Assembly: GCF_009914755.1 (NCBI RefSeq)
Contig: NC_060939.1
Strand: one strand, 5' to 3'
DNA length: 64,000 nucleotides
DNA from: the human T2T-CHM13v2.0 reference genome, Homo sapiens
Of this stretch, positions 14,265 to 29,142 are shown one piece after another (positions within the stretch are counted from its first letter, which is position 1; every line of letters begins with the position of its first letter). A program made the translations under genes and the position numbers. The notes under the pieces are model-generated. The model was given only the letters and a program-made list of their open reading frames with translations, was not told the DNA's origin and did no database searches.

Positions 14265-14565
14265 AACACACATTCACCCAGACACACACTCAGATGCACA
14301 CACACACACACAGACACATCCACTACAGAGACAGATGTGCACACACTGATACCCAAACGTACCCCAAACGCAGACACGCGGACATGCACAGACACCCAAC
14401 ACACACATGCACACACAGGCCCCCGGACAGTCAGATACACACACAAAGACATCCACACACACAAACACCCAGACACATCCACACACGTCCACACACCCCA
14501 CAGAGACATGTCCACAACGGGTGCCTAGGTATGCCCAGAAACACACAGTTACCCGAATACAGCCA

Positions 14566-14610
<45 letters not shown>
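14265..14610. repeat. CA-rich low-complexity tract ending in (AC)22 at 14567-14610
   Basis: Read directly from the sequence. Confidence 0.95.
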
Positions 14611-14614
<4 letters not shown>

Positions 14615-15027
14615 TCCTCCAGAGGACTCAGGAAGAATCAGATCTGTCCTGTATGCCTGACCTTGAATGCCTCTGCCAACCCCAACAGATGGCCACTGGC
14701 TCTCCGACAGGGCCCTCTGGTCTCTGACCAAGAACCAGGGTCACAATGGACAGAGAAGGGGAAAATGGTAGAACTACTAATTCACCACCGTGCAGTTAAC
14801 CCGCAGAAGTCTCATTCTTTCATTTAATTGGTAGCTTTCCAAAGTTCAGCCACGAGAAGGCGTAAGGACAAGCAATCAGAATACTAACCCATAACTTCCT
14901 GTCCCTTCTCTTAGCACCCATCCTTTAAGGCCAAATTAAAGTCCACCTTGTTCATATAGTCCTCCAGATTCCCAGAGTTAGAAACCGCAGCTTCTCCCAT
15001 GCGCCCCTCATGTCATGCTTCTTGGTC

Positions 15028-15323
<296 letters not shown>

Positions 15324-15654
15324 CCACCATTGATTTTTTTTTTTAAAGACGAATTGAGTACCAACTGCTCTGTTCACAGCTTTCTTTTCCTTTTTGTCTT
15401 TCTTTAAGAGACAGGTCTCACTGCAGTGACTATTCACAGATACAATCATAGTTTGCAATGTAGCCTCCAACTCCTGGACCCAAGCAGTCCTCTCGCCTCA
15501 GCCTCCCAAGTGGCTGGGACTACAGGTGCACCACTGTCCCCAGCTGACAGCTTTAAGGTGAGTGCAGTGGCTGTGTCAGTCCATGCCTGCCAAAGGAATC
15601 AGTGGAGACAAAAAGAAGGAGCAAATTCAAACTTTCCTCCTTTTGCCCTCTCTC

Positions 15655-16390
15655 CTATGTGGGTTCAGATTCTTCAGGAAGCAGATGCCAAGATGGGATG
15701 AGAAGTGCTGGAGACCTGGGGTGTGGGATGAGGAACGCCTATGAAGGATGAAGGGGAAAGGAAGCAGGAGTAGGCAAGGGAGAGCTTTCAGGCCATGATG
15801 TAGGTGTGACACCTAAGGAAGGAGGGTGGGAAGGAAGGAGGGCTGGCTAGGAAGTGCCTCTGATGGCAGAGCAACCCAGAGAAGGGCTCAGCCAGGTGAT
15901 GAGCAGTCCAGGGGCAAATATTAGAAGGGTCCCATGCTGGGCAGGAATGGCCTGGTTCGAGTACCCGCCGCGTGTCTCCCATCCCACCATGCTCAATCAC
16001 TGGCCAAAAGCAGCCTACGGAGAGTGAAGACCTTGTGGCTACTCTGAGAATGCTCTGAGAATACCTGGGCTGGGATTTTTATTCCCCTTTTAAGGAGAAG
16101 GGGTAGAATATACCCCTGCCCCTCCCAGCCCTGCCTCCTCAAACATCGCCTCCTCTTGGAGTTTGAGTAAGGACGTGGGTCTGAGGACGACTTCCAAGGC
16201 CAACTGGGCTGAGTTTGCCAGCTCATGCTCCAGGTGCCTTCATGTCTCTTTGGACTTAAACCTACAGGCTAGAACAGTATTTGAAAAGTCAGCTGGCACT
16301 TAGCAAACTAATACAACACCCTGAAGGGGTGGCAGCTGGGGGCCAGCAGTGAATAGCACTCTTTGCTGCGGGTTCTCTCTTGAAGGCACT
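15655..16390 (-). mobile_element. LTR16-family (ERVL) solo LTR, interrupted at ~16040-16319 by a non-LTR insertion
   Basis: ggaagcaggagtaggcaagggagagctttcaggccatgatgtagg...ccatgctcaatcactggc on the left and ggcagctgggggccagc...gggttctctcttgaagg on the right match successive parts of the recalled LTR16 consensus. Confidence 0.6.
16056..16296 (+). repeat. Arm A of a ~240-bp inverted duplication (partner 19876-20452)
   Basis: Manual alignment to the reverse complement of arm B: about 24 differences in ~219 nt (~89% identity). Confidence 0.95.
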
Positions 16391-16807
16391 TCCGGGGCTG
16401 CCACACTTCTTATCTCCTTCCCTCCTTCCTTCATTCCCTCCTTCATTCCCTCCCACCCCACCTTTCCTCCTCAGATCTTCATACCATCTGCCAGGCACCA
16501 GCACACTGTGGAGCCCCATAAATGAACTGACACAGTCCTTCCCTTCAAAGAGCTCCCATCCAGAGCTTCCTCTTGCACCCACAGACGGGAAGCTTGCACG
16601 ACCTTCCGTCAGGCTGCCCGGCCCTTCCGGACAGATCTTCCAAGCACCTCCACCACCCTCTGTCTTGCCAGCCAGCCCAGAGACAAACACTCAGTGCCTG
16701 CTCACAGGGGCAAAGTGTGTAAATAAGTGAAGCAGCCAAAACAATGAAACTCTTTGGCTATTTGAAGTATATTTCTAAGTTTCAATGGCAACATAATTCT
16801 TCCCAGC

Positions 16808-17118
16808 TTTTTCTTCTTTTTTTTTTCTTCTTTTCGAGACAGAGTTTCGCTTTTCTTGCCCAGGCTGGAGTGCAGTGGTGCAATCTCAGCTCCCTGCAAC
16901 CTCTACCTCCCAAGTTCAAGTGATTCTTCTGCTTCAGCCTCCTGAGTAGCTGGAATGACAGGCGCCCGCCACCATGCCTGGATAATTTTTGTATTTTTAG
17001 TAGAGACAGGATTTCACCATGTTGGCCAGGCTGGTCTCGAACTTCTGACCCCAGGTGATCTGTTCACCTCAGCCTCCCAAAATGCTGGGATTACAGGCGT
17101 GAGCCACTGTGCCCGGCC
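16808..17118 (-). mobile_element. AluS (plus truncated Alu at 17287-17446)
   Basis: Reverse Alu flanked by ttcccagctt TSD. Confidence 0.9.
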
Positions 17119-17212
17119 TTCCCAGCTTCTTTCTTACCTTAACCCCCCATGCACCTCACTTTTATCCACTACTGTCTTGAAATTAACAAATACTTGTTGG
17201 GATGCATCATAA

Positions 17213-17515
<303 letters not shown>

Positions 17516-17750
17516 TGAGTAAGAAAAGAGGCAGGGTGTCCAGTGCCCAAGGGTGCCTGGAATATAAAGCCTACAAAGATGCTTGTCTCTGCCCTGCTGG
17601 TGGTTTGGCACACCTGACCTCATAAACCAAAGATAGTCTGTGCCAGGCTGGGCCCATAGCTCCATCTCCCAGGGGTATTCAGAAGCTAGATGTAAAACAG
17701 GAAGGCAAAGTACTTACTTTTTTTTAAATGAAGAATTAGATTCACATCAG

Positions 17751-18153
17751 TGTATGGGCTGAATTAGGTCCCCACCAAATTCACATGTGGAAGCCCTAAC
17801 CCTCAGTACCTCTGAATTGTCACTGTATTTATAGAGACAGCCTTCAAAGAGGTGATTAAGTTAAAATGAGGCTGTAAGGGCCCTAATCCAATCTGACAAG
17901 GGTCCTTCTAAGAAGAGGAAATATGGACACACAGGGGCACCAGGGACGCACATCCACTGAGGGACCACCGTGTGAAGAGGCAGCAAGGAGGCGGCTGTCT
18001 GCCAGCCAAGGAGAGAGGCCTCAGGAGAAACTGATCTTGCTGACACCTTGGTCTTGGACTTCTAGTCTCCACAACTGTGAGAAAATTAACTTCTGTTGTT
18101 TAAGCCACCCAGTCTGTGATATTTGGTTATGGCATCCTTAACAAACTAATACA
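17751..18153 (+). mobile_element. MLT1A-type MaLR solo LTR
   Basis: tgtatgggctgaatt...gtttaagccacccagtctgtg...caaactaataca; TG...CA ends. Confidence 0.9.
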
Positions 18154-18283
18154 ACACTCAAAATAAGAAAACGGGGTAGGGGCAAATAGTCAAGTCCCGC
18201 ACTTAGTTCTTTAAAGAGTTGTTACAGGCTTTGTCTTTTCATTCAGAACCTGTGTTGGGTGCTGAATGAAAAGACAAAGAGCA

Positions 18284-18743
<460 letters not shown>

Positions 18744-18899
18744 TCAACGTGATGCTTTCTCCTGTGTTTAAACCACTGCTGAGAGTCGGAGAGGTAAGAG
18801 GTGCACTGATCTCCAGGAGCCCTCCATCCAGAGTCTAGGTAAGCAGTGTTGAGTCTCACTATTGGCCATGGTTGACTAACATCTACATTTCTCAGAGTT

Positions 18900-19500
18900 G
18901 CTCTTATTGGGGTGCTATGCTGACTGCTTTGAACAAAGGAGACTGAAAGGCCCCAGAGGAAAACTAAGGTCTCTCTCTGACCTTCTCCTTCCCACCCCTC
19001 TTTTTCCTCCCTAGGGCAGGGAGGAGCTCCCTCTGAAGTTCCCACCTCTTGACTGAGGAATGGTCTTCCAAAAGGAATGGAATTGTCTTGAACCCCTTCC
19101 CTAGGAATCTCATCAAACCACCAGGGAATATTAATAACCACAAGGAGATTAAAAGTCATCACCACCCCCAGACAGGCTATTGCCTATTCTGGAGGGAGTT
19201 CCAAAACAACTTTGATTACCTGAGGGACTTGTATTTGCATAAGACACCATTCTCTGTGCAGTTCTTCCCCTTTCCTTCCCGTAACTTATCACCACCTCCC
19301 CCCAAAGCCTCAAGGCTCTATTCCTTTATGCTGTAAAAACTTCAACCATTGGGTCCCTCTCTGGAGCCTCATTCTTCTATGAGGCTCCTGTGTACAGCCA
19401 CAAAATTAAAATGGTTTTTCTCCTGTCAATCTGTCTATTGTCAATTTATTTCAGAAGCGACTGTTATGGAATCTTCAGAGGAAGTTGGAGCTTCCTTACA
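18900..19500 (+). mobile_element. ERV1-type solo LTR (MER31/MER34-like; family uncertain)
   Basis: aaggtctctctctgaccttctcc...aaattaaaatggtttttctcctgtcaatctgtctattgtca...ccttaca resembles this LTR group. Confidence 0.55.
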
Positions 19501-19875
19501 CTCTATGCCTATGGTCCCAGAGTGTAACTAAATTGTGTAAAAACAAATTCCTTATGCTTGCCAAGTCCTTCAAAGTTGACAAAGCTCGTTTACAAAATTG
19601 GTTTCAACAAGGCACTCATGACAAGTAACACTGATATCACCATTTCACAGATTAGAAAACTGAGGCCCAGAAAGGTTGAATGACAAGGCTAAGTTCCAAC
19701 AGCTGCAAAGTGGCAGGACTTAGCCCAGGCTTTTTGGATCTGATTGGTAAAATATAATAAAGACTGTTAAGAACTGGAAAAGGGAATTGAGAGATGATAT
19801 AGGATCTCCCTGGCTCAATTCCAAAATGAGACGAAGAAACCCAAGTGCAATCCCATCTAGGAGCAGGATAATGGC

Positions 19876-20452
<577 letters not shown>

Positions 20453-20849
20453 CATTGAGTGGTGTGATGACCTCTGATCTAGGTGCTGGTAGAAGAACAC
20501 AAAAAAAGCCCACCATCGAGTCGTGTGAGAAAAACACTGCAGGGAGGGGCACTACGTCCTGTCCCTAATAGAGGCTGCTGCGGCAAATGGTGACCATTAG
20601 GATGGACTTTTTTCACCTCATTTCTCCCTTTATCTTTAACATAATATTTGATACATGCAAAAGCATAGACAACTAATATGTAAGTTAGAAAGCATTATAA
20701 TAAATAGAACTTGCAGGAGCCCACCGTGAACTTAGTGTTGGCTGGAACACTGCCAACAGCCCAGTGCCCACCTTGTCCTCCTCCCCATCTCAGCCACCCA
20801 GATGTAAGTTTCATCCAGAATTTTGAGAGTGGTCATTCCCTTGCTTTTA

Positions 20850-21166
<317 letters not shown>

Positions 21167-24141
21167 AATTTTATCACATTCACATGTATCCCTAAACAAC
21201 TTATGGCATAGTTTGTGAGCTTTAAAAAAAAGAGTATAATAGTGTACATAGTTCTCCGGGATTACTTTTTCATTGAACACCGTACTTCTCCAGGAAAAGT
21301 AGAGAAGAATGTGGATTTGAGGGTAGGCAAAACTGGGCTGGAATCCCGATTCTAAGTACTCCAGCTGTGTGACTGCATGCAAATTTCCTAACTCCGCTGA
21401 ATCTCAGCTGTATCATATAAATGGGGCTCTCATTTCCCTTACAAGATTAGGAAGAGGACTAAATGAAATGTATGCAAAATGTTCCTATTGCAGAGCAGAT
21501 TTTAAACAATTATTATGAGCTTCATTTTCTTTTCTTTCACTCTTCCTCTAGCTTAGGGGTGGAGGATCACTGACCCATAGAGGAAAAAATACTTTAAAAA
21601 AATTTCTCCCTAGATAATATAATCAACTGCTTTTTAGATTAAGAACTGGGAACATGAATTTCATTCAGTAAGTAAATAAATGACTAAAATATATACTTCA
21701 GCTATATATTATGAATTGCTAATGGACGAAGGGGGAGAGAAGAAGAACCAGTGGGAGAGGGAAAAACCGGAGGAGAGAAACTGTTAAGGGGAACTCACCA
21801 ATGGTGTGTCTGCTTTTTGAAATGTCAATTAACCATTGTTCACAGATCTTCAGCTGCTCAATCCCTAAGCCTATTAATGTTTGCTTAGAATGGGATCCTC
21901 TCAGCAGATCACCAAGGAAGACATTTTCCTTTGGGGTGCAGCTACAGTGAACAGAACAATATCAGGATGAAATCAAGTTGGGGACTCTATGGAAGGAAAG
22001 TTCTCCAATCCTGTGCCAGATAGAATTCCCTGTGAGAAACAAGTCCTCAAGTTAGCTCTTTCACGTGTACTTACTTTGATTGTCTGTGGAGTCCAGGGCC
22101 TGACTTTTCCTTCATAGAGATGTTGTAGTTCACCTCTTACAGTATGGCCTTCATTTGCTTCCAAAATAAGGTTTTCACAAATAAATATGCGAAGGGAAAA
22201 GGCAAATGCAATCTAAGATTTGGAGTCAGGAAAGCTAGTGAGATTGACATCGAAATGCAACACACTAAAATATTTATATGGATATTTGTGAAATATTAAT
22301 GCAGCATCCAACACTCACATAAGCACACACTCTGGGGCAGGAACCCTCCAGACCTCTTGAAAGAATTGCATTTGAACCGGCATGGCTTTCATCACTGGAA
22401 TGTTCCATTTGCCTCTGAGAATGCTGTGGTCTCTTTCAGCCCTGTAAGTGTCAGCTGGTCAACACATCCTTCTTCAGAGCCAACAGAACACACGTGGCGC
22501 CCTGGGCCAGCTGCTGCGCTCATCCTCACACCTGGGGGCCGCAGTCGTCTGCTAGCAGAGGCCACAGGGACTGGGCCCCTGTCTGGGAGGCGCATGGGTG
22601 CCTGGCTTCTGGCTGCTGGTCCTCAAAGTCATCCTCAAAGGATTGTGCATCCTCAAAGGCCCCCCTCTGCCCACTGCCTGGCCCTGTGCTTCCCAAGGGC
22701 TTCTAGGAAACACAGCAGGTGCCATCCAACACCAGAAAGCTGGGCTAAGAAGACTCAGTCAGCAGTGCTTTATATAACCTGGATGAGAAGAGGGCCAGGA
22801 GGAGATATGGGCATGATGGAGTCCTGGTTTCCCAGGGCTTAGAGAACGTGGACCCCTTTAGGACAGGGTCTGTGTCTGTCCTGCTCTGTTCCAACCCAGC
22901 ATCTAGAACAGTGCCAAGCATACAGCAGGAGCCCGATTAATACTGGTTCCCTGACTGCCTTGCAGCCTGTGGGGGTGGGCTGCTGAGATGCCCCCATCCA
23001 GGGGCAGTGTCCTTTACTGTGAAAGATGGGCAGAAGCAAGTGTGTCAATTTCTTCCATTTCCAAGAATGAAGGATGAGGCAGGCCACAGTCAAGAATAGA
23101 TGAGACTCGTTAACAATGAGGCAAAGCGAACGGTTCATCCTTTCCTGAAAGGTCCACTGCAGTTTATCAGCTGAAGAAATGAGCACCGTTACTAGGGGCC
23201 AGAAAGTCTGGGCTTTCATTAGATATTTTCACAAATTTGTTGTGTGAAGCACTAGTCACTTCCTCTCTCTAGGCATCGGTTTCCTCTTCAGTGAAACATA
23301 GTGGTTGGGCTAGACAAGTTGTAAAAGGCTCTCTGATCAAGACTGGGTTTGTCAAAGGTCTTTCCTGCTCTTCTTCCTAGCAGGAGGGCAGCCCCACCTT
23401 TACCGTAACTGACTTCCTAGGAGCTCCCAGTGAGCCCTGTTCCAGAACATGCCTGCTGATTTATGTAACCAACCATAGCCAAGAGCCCCTCGCAGGCCCA
23501 GGGCCCTTGCCCACAGTTGGCAGTTCTCGGCCTCTGCTATCCTCCCAGGGTGGAGGGAGGCACAGGACTGTTTCTGCCTGAGATCTGGGGAAGCTCAAGA
23601 AGTCCAGGTCAGCTGCTAAGCTTTCTGCAGCCAGCTTGTGGGCTCACTCCATTTCTGGCTCGACACTTTTCTGAAACTGGGTCGCCTTGCTGTTCCTGTG
23701 GGGTCATTTTGCTCTGGACCCATCAACTGGCTGCTGACGAAGGGAACTGGGACCTCTTTCCCCAGCACCCTTTCCTTTTAATAATAGTTTTCCCCCCTCT
23801 CTCCTTCCTGGCTCACTTCCTCAGCTCAGTTTCCTCACCTTCCAAAACTTCTCTTTCAGCCTCTTCCCATGTGCTTTCCCAATCTCCCGGCCTCGCCCTG
23901 ACTTTATTTCTGACTTCCATGGGTCGTCTCTTGAGTGCTGCTCAGCAACACTGTTCTTTTGGCCTGAAAAACAGGGCCCACATTTCGATGCCATTGAGTG
24001 AGCTTCCCTTGCCATTTCCACCGAAGGGGCCAGGTCATCCGTCTTTTTCCTCTCCCTTCTCGCCGTGGATCCTTCTTCGCCCTTCTCCGCCCACATCGTT
24101 AGGAATTCTCCTGCCCCCATCTTGGCTGTAGTTGGCAAGTG

Positions 24142-24520
24142 TGTATTTTGCTAGGGCCGCCATAAAAAAAGTACCACAGACTGGGTGGCTTAAAAGACAG
24201 AAGTTTATTTTCTTACAATTTTTGAGGCCAGAGTCTAAGATTGAGGTGTCAGCAGGGTTGGTTTCCTCTGAGGCCCCCTTAGTTTGTCGATGGCTATTCC
24301 CCCTCCCACTCCTGGGCCTTCATGTGGTCTTTCCTGCGTGTCCTAACCTCCCCTTCTTATAAGGACACCAATTATATTGCATCGGGGCCCATATCAGTGA
24401 GCTCATTTTAATTTAAGTGCCTTTCTAAAGACCCCATCTCCAAATACAGTGATATTCTGTGGTACCAAGGGTTAAGACTTCAACATAGAAATTTTAGGGA
24501 GACACACTCAGCTCCTAACA
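24142..24520 (-). mobile_element. MLT1A/B-type MaLR solo LTR co-oriented with DAPK2
   Basis: Reverse of tgttaggagctgagtgtgtctccc...gaaaataaacttctgtcttttaagccacccagtctgtggtac...ccctagcaaaataca; same family as 17751-18153. Confidence 0.9.
24204..24209 (-). terminator. Distal DAPK2 poly(A) signal AATAAA inside an MLT1 LTR
   Basis: First canonical AATAAA I found downstream of the stop codon; sits at the native poly(A)-signal position of a co-oriented MaLR LTR. Confidence 0.65.
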
Positions 24521-24539
24521 GCAGGAGTGGTGGCAGTGA

Positions 24540-24869
<330 letters not shown>

Positions 24870-25088
24870 CTCTGGGTGGGTTCTCTTGAACTGGACACCT
24901 TCCTGTTAGGGAAGCAAGGAGGAGGCAGGCCCACTGCAGGCCTGCGCGGACGGTTCAGGAGGACCTTCTGAGATTCTGCCCACTCAGCACCCCACTGGGT
25001 GCCCCCCCTCAGAGTTACAGGCACACGGGCTAAAGGAAATGAGATGGGGGTAGCCCTAAAAGAAGCCAAGCATCAGGTAAACCAGAAG

Positions 25089-25094
25089 TTTAAT
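25089..25094 (-). terminator. Proximal DAPK2 poly(A) signal ATTAAA
   Basis: Minus strand reads ccatgtTGTAattttgctcatttttATTAAActtctggtttacctgatgcttggcttctttt: upstream UGUA and a downstream U/GU-rich tract. Confidence 0.7.
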
Positions 25095-25669
25095 AAAAAT
25101 GAGCAAAATTACAACATGGCGGGCCAGCAATGGGCTGCTTCAGAAGGTCTGAGGTGTTGGTCAGCCTGACGTCCTGGCTTCCATGGTTCTGGGAGGTCAC
25201 AGGATTGGTCCCTCACACCCAAGGTTCACTTTCCTCAATCACCCTGTTCCCAATGGGGAGGACTCTGTCTCTCTGGTGTAATTTTTGGCCAGGCTGGTTC
25301 TGAACCCCCTCAGCCTGTGAAGAAGGCTGCCTTAGTCTGACCTTCACCCCGTGATGATGAGGATGTCCTTTATATTGTTTTCCTAAGTCCACACTCCCAC
25401 CCCAGACTCTGAGGATGGCAGACAGAGGAAAGCCCATTTTATGGAGAATTAAGAGCTTTGGGAATGCTGGAGCCTCCTCCACAGAAGACAGCCACAGCTC
25501 CCAGGGTCTCCTGGCTTGCCTGCAAGCTCTTCTGAATTCCTTGGGCCCATCTCTCTTGCAAAGTGCTCAGGACGCCCGGGTGCTGGTGCTGAGCTGGGTC
25601 CAAAAGTCTGCACAGAAGGGAGCCCCGCTGGGCCCAGACCTCCCTGGCGGCCACTGCAGGTCAGGCCAG

Positions 25670-25750
25670 TTAGGAGGTGCTGCTCCTCCTCCGTGGGTGG
25701 AGGGCTTTCCTCCTGGCGATGTCCTCCTCAGTGTCACTCTCACAGTTCCT
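25670..25750 (-). CDS. DAPK2: DAPK2 last coding segment: RNCESDTEEDIARRKALHPRRRSSTS* (14-3-3-binding tail)
   Basis: tttctctttttttttctccag acceptor; TAA at 25672-25670; RRRSSTS C-terminus of DAPK2 alpha. Confidence 0.98.
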   Translation of the reverse strand, partial: RNCESDTEEDIARRKALHPRRRSSTS

Positions 25751-26669
25751 CTGGAGAAAAAAAAGAGAAAGAGGTCCAGGGCAGGAGGATCATGAGACGC
25801 CAGGAATGGGGCTGTGCTGGGCAACCTGGGTTGATTCACCTGGACCACGGGACTACAAGCCAGGGAGGTGGGTGGTGAAAGCAAGCCTGCTGATCCATCC
25901 AGGGGCTGGGGGATGGGAGGGATCTGAAACGAGGCCAGACCAACTGCTTGGAGGAAGGAAAGCAGCAGGGCATCTAAGGGAAACCAGACATCAGGAGAGG
26001 CCAAATTATAATAAAGAAAATTACATCTAGTTCCCTTTGTGGCTGCCATATAATCAAGGCCACTTGGCTGGGTGGTCTGTGGCTGCTGGGTCTCCTGAGC
26101 TCAGCCTAGAGAGACTGGAGGATGGGTGTGAGCCACAAGGTACTCCCCATGCTTGACAGCCACCATCCCATGCCCCTTCTTCTTTGATGGGCTGCACCTT
26201 CAGCCGCCTTGCTGACCAGTGTTTCCAGGGAAATGACTTCTGAGCTCCATTTTTATAAAACAGGAAATGAGTATAAAGTACTGTCTGTCAGTTCCTACAT
26301 GGCAAACCAGAGCTGAGGCAGCCACCCCGAGGCCATAATGTCTTTTCATCCAAGTCATGATGATCTAATGTAATTATAAAATTATTAAAAGAAGTACTAA
26401 TCCACAGTGACTTCATTCCTAAAATATCTGTTGTCCAATGTTCAATTCCAGTGCTTCCTAAACAAAAGGACCTATCATTACTCTTTTTTTTTTTTTTTTT
26501 AAGGAAAGTCCCTTTGGGAAAACTGCATAACAGATATCTGGGACCCAACATTTTTCCACTTCTAGGATGAACCTTTGAGCTGATGGTGCTTGCTATTTGA
26601 GTAAAAAGAGTACTATTTAAGAATATTTGTACAAGAACAAAAGTTTGGAAAGAAACTGACATTCTTTTT

Positions 26670-27212
<543 letters not shown>

Positions 27213-27671
27213 TTAGCTTGAGTCAGAGCCAAACAGTAAAAAAATAAGCTGGGTAAAGTCTGCTTGTCATTATCAGGGATTCTCAGCGGGAGAGCGGTCC
27301 AGTGCCCTGCATAGGAGACGAGGAAAGCAGCCAGAGCCGGCACAGGGCTTGGCCAAAGCCACACAGTTGTTTGGGGCCTCTGGGCCATAAATCCTCAAGT
27401 GCTGGCAAGAGATCATGCTAAAGAGAGAAGACCCCAGGCTGTGTGGAGGGAGTGGGGACAGCAGGGCTATCCTAGGTCTAGCCGTGCATCATAAGGCTGC
27501 TCAGCCCTCTTAGGCACCCACCTCCCAGTCGCTCCCTGAGCAGGGCGTCCCCTTCTGTCCTGACCTGTGCCATCCCAGACATTCCTGAGCACCCTACACC
27601 ACGCTCCATAAGCGGGGGGAGGGGCTGTCCAGGGAACCCCTACCAACTGCATTTTAAAGTCTACAGGAGGA

Positions 27672-28006
27672 TTTTACTTTTTTAATTTTGAAATTTAATT
27701 TTCTTTAGAGTTAGGGTCATGCTCTGTCGCCCAGGCTGCAATGCAGTAGTGTGATCATAATTCACTGTAACCTTTAACTCCTGGGCTCAAGTGATCCTCC
27801 CACCTCAGCTCCCTGAGTAGCTAGGACTATAGGTGCATGTCACCATACCTGGCTAATTTTTTTGTTTGTTTGTTTGTTTTTGTTTTGTAGAGTCAGGGTC
27901 TCACTGTTGTTGCCTGGGCTGGTCTTTAACTCCTGGCCTTAAATGAACCTCCCGCCTCAGCCACCCAAAGTGCTGGGACTATAGGCACGAACCACTACTG
28001 CCAGCC
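27672..28006 (-). mobile_element. AluJ
   Basis: Reverse dimer, TSD tacagga. Confidence 0.88.
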
Positions 28007-28086
28007 TACAGGAAGGTTTTAAACAACAACAATTGCTAACGCTTACTGAGCACTTACATGCCAGGCTTTAAGAATATGTCATTATT

Positions 28087-28410
<324 letters not shown>

Positions 28411-29058
28411 AAGAATATGTCATTATTTAATCTTTAGGAACTATTATTAACCCTATTTTACAAATGATGAACTATCAGCACAGAGAGGTTAAGTAATTTC
28501 CTCAAGGTCACACAGTAAGTGGCAGATTTGAATCCTGGTAGTCTGACTGCAGAGGGCACCCTCTTCACCAGTATATTCTGTTATAAGCTACTCCCTTTAA
28601 ATGTATACAAAATGGCAATAAAGTAATCAAATATAAGATATTGTCTAAATATTATGATGATGGTAATCTGAAACAAAGCAGAAATAGAAATATGGAAAAA
28701 AGAATGTAAAGCTCCCATTCTAAAGCAGCTTTTGGGTTATCAGAAATACATTTTGGGTTGTCTGTGGTCAGCCGGCAGCAGCGGCCCCTCTGAAGGCCCA
28801 CCAGGAAAGGATGGGAGATCCTCCAGGAGTTCATGCTGCTGCATCAGTGGTCCCCTCCCGGCACCACCCAGAGGTCCCCAGAACACACTCCTCTGAAGAT
28901 CACACTTCAGCCTTCAGGGAAGAGGAGGACTGGGCCAGCAGAACTGGCTGGAAACAGTGAACACCCACCTGCCTTGTGAGGGGAAAGGGAACTCACCCAT
29001 CCCTGAGCTCCAGGCTACCCCAGAATTCTGCCCAAGAAGAGGGCATGCATTTACCCAC

Positions 29059-29142
29059 CAGGTCCTCATCCGGCCTCAGGTGCACCTTCTTCATCAGCGA
29101 GCGGGTGAGGTGGTTGCACAGGGACACGATGCTGAAGGAAAG
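29059..29142 (-). CDS. DAPK2: DAPK2 exon (84 nt): LSFSIVSLCNHLTRSLMKKVHLRPDEDL
   Basis: Pyrimidine tract + cag acceptor, gtgggt donor; carries the inhibitory autophosphorylation Ser (RWKL-S, S318). Confidence 0.97.

Noticed and set aside
14249-14827. 192-aa His/Thr-rich ORF and overlapping Val/Cys-rich antisense ORFs
   Set aside because: Artefact of CA-rich low-complexity sequence, which lacks stop codons.
23517-24131. 204-aa ORF, the longest in the track
   Set aside because: Non-ATG start, pyrimidine-biased Ser/Leu/Pro composition, no recognisable domain or splice context.
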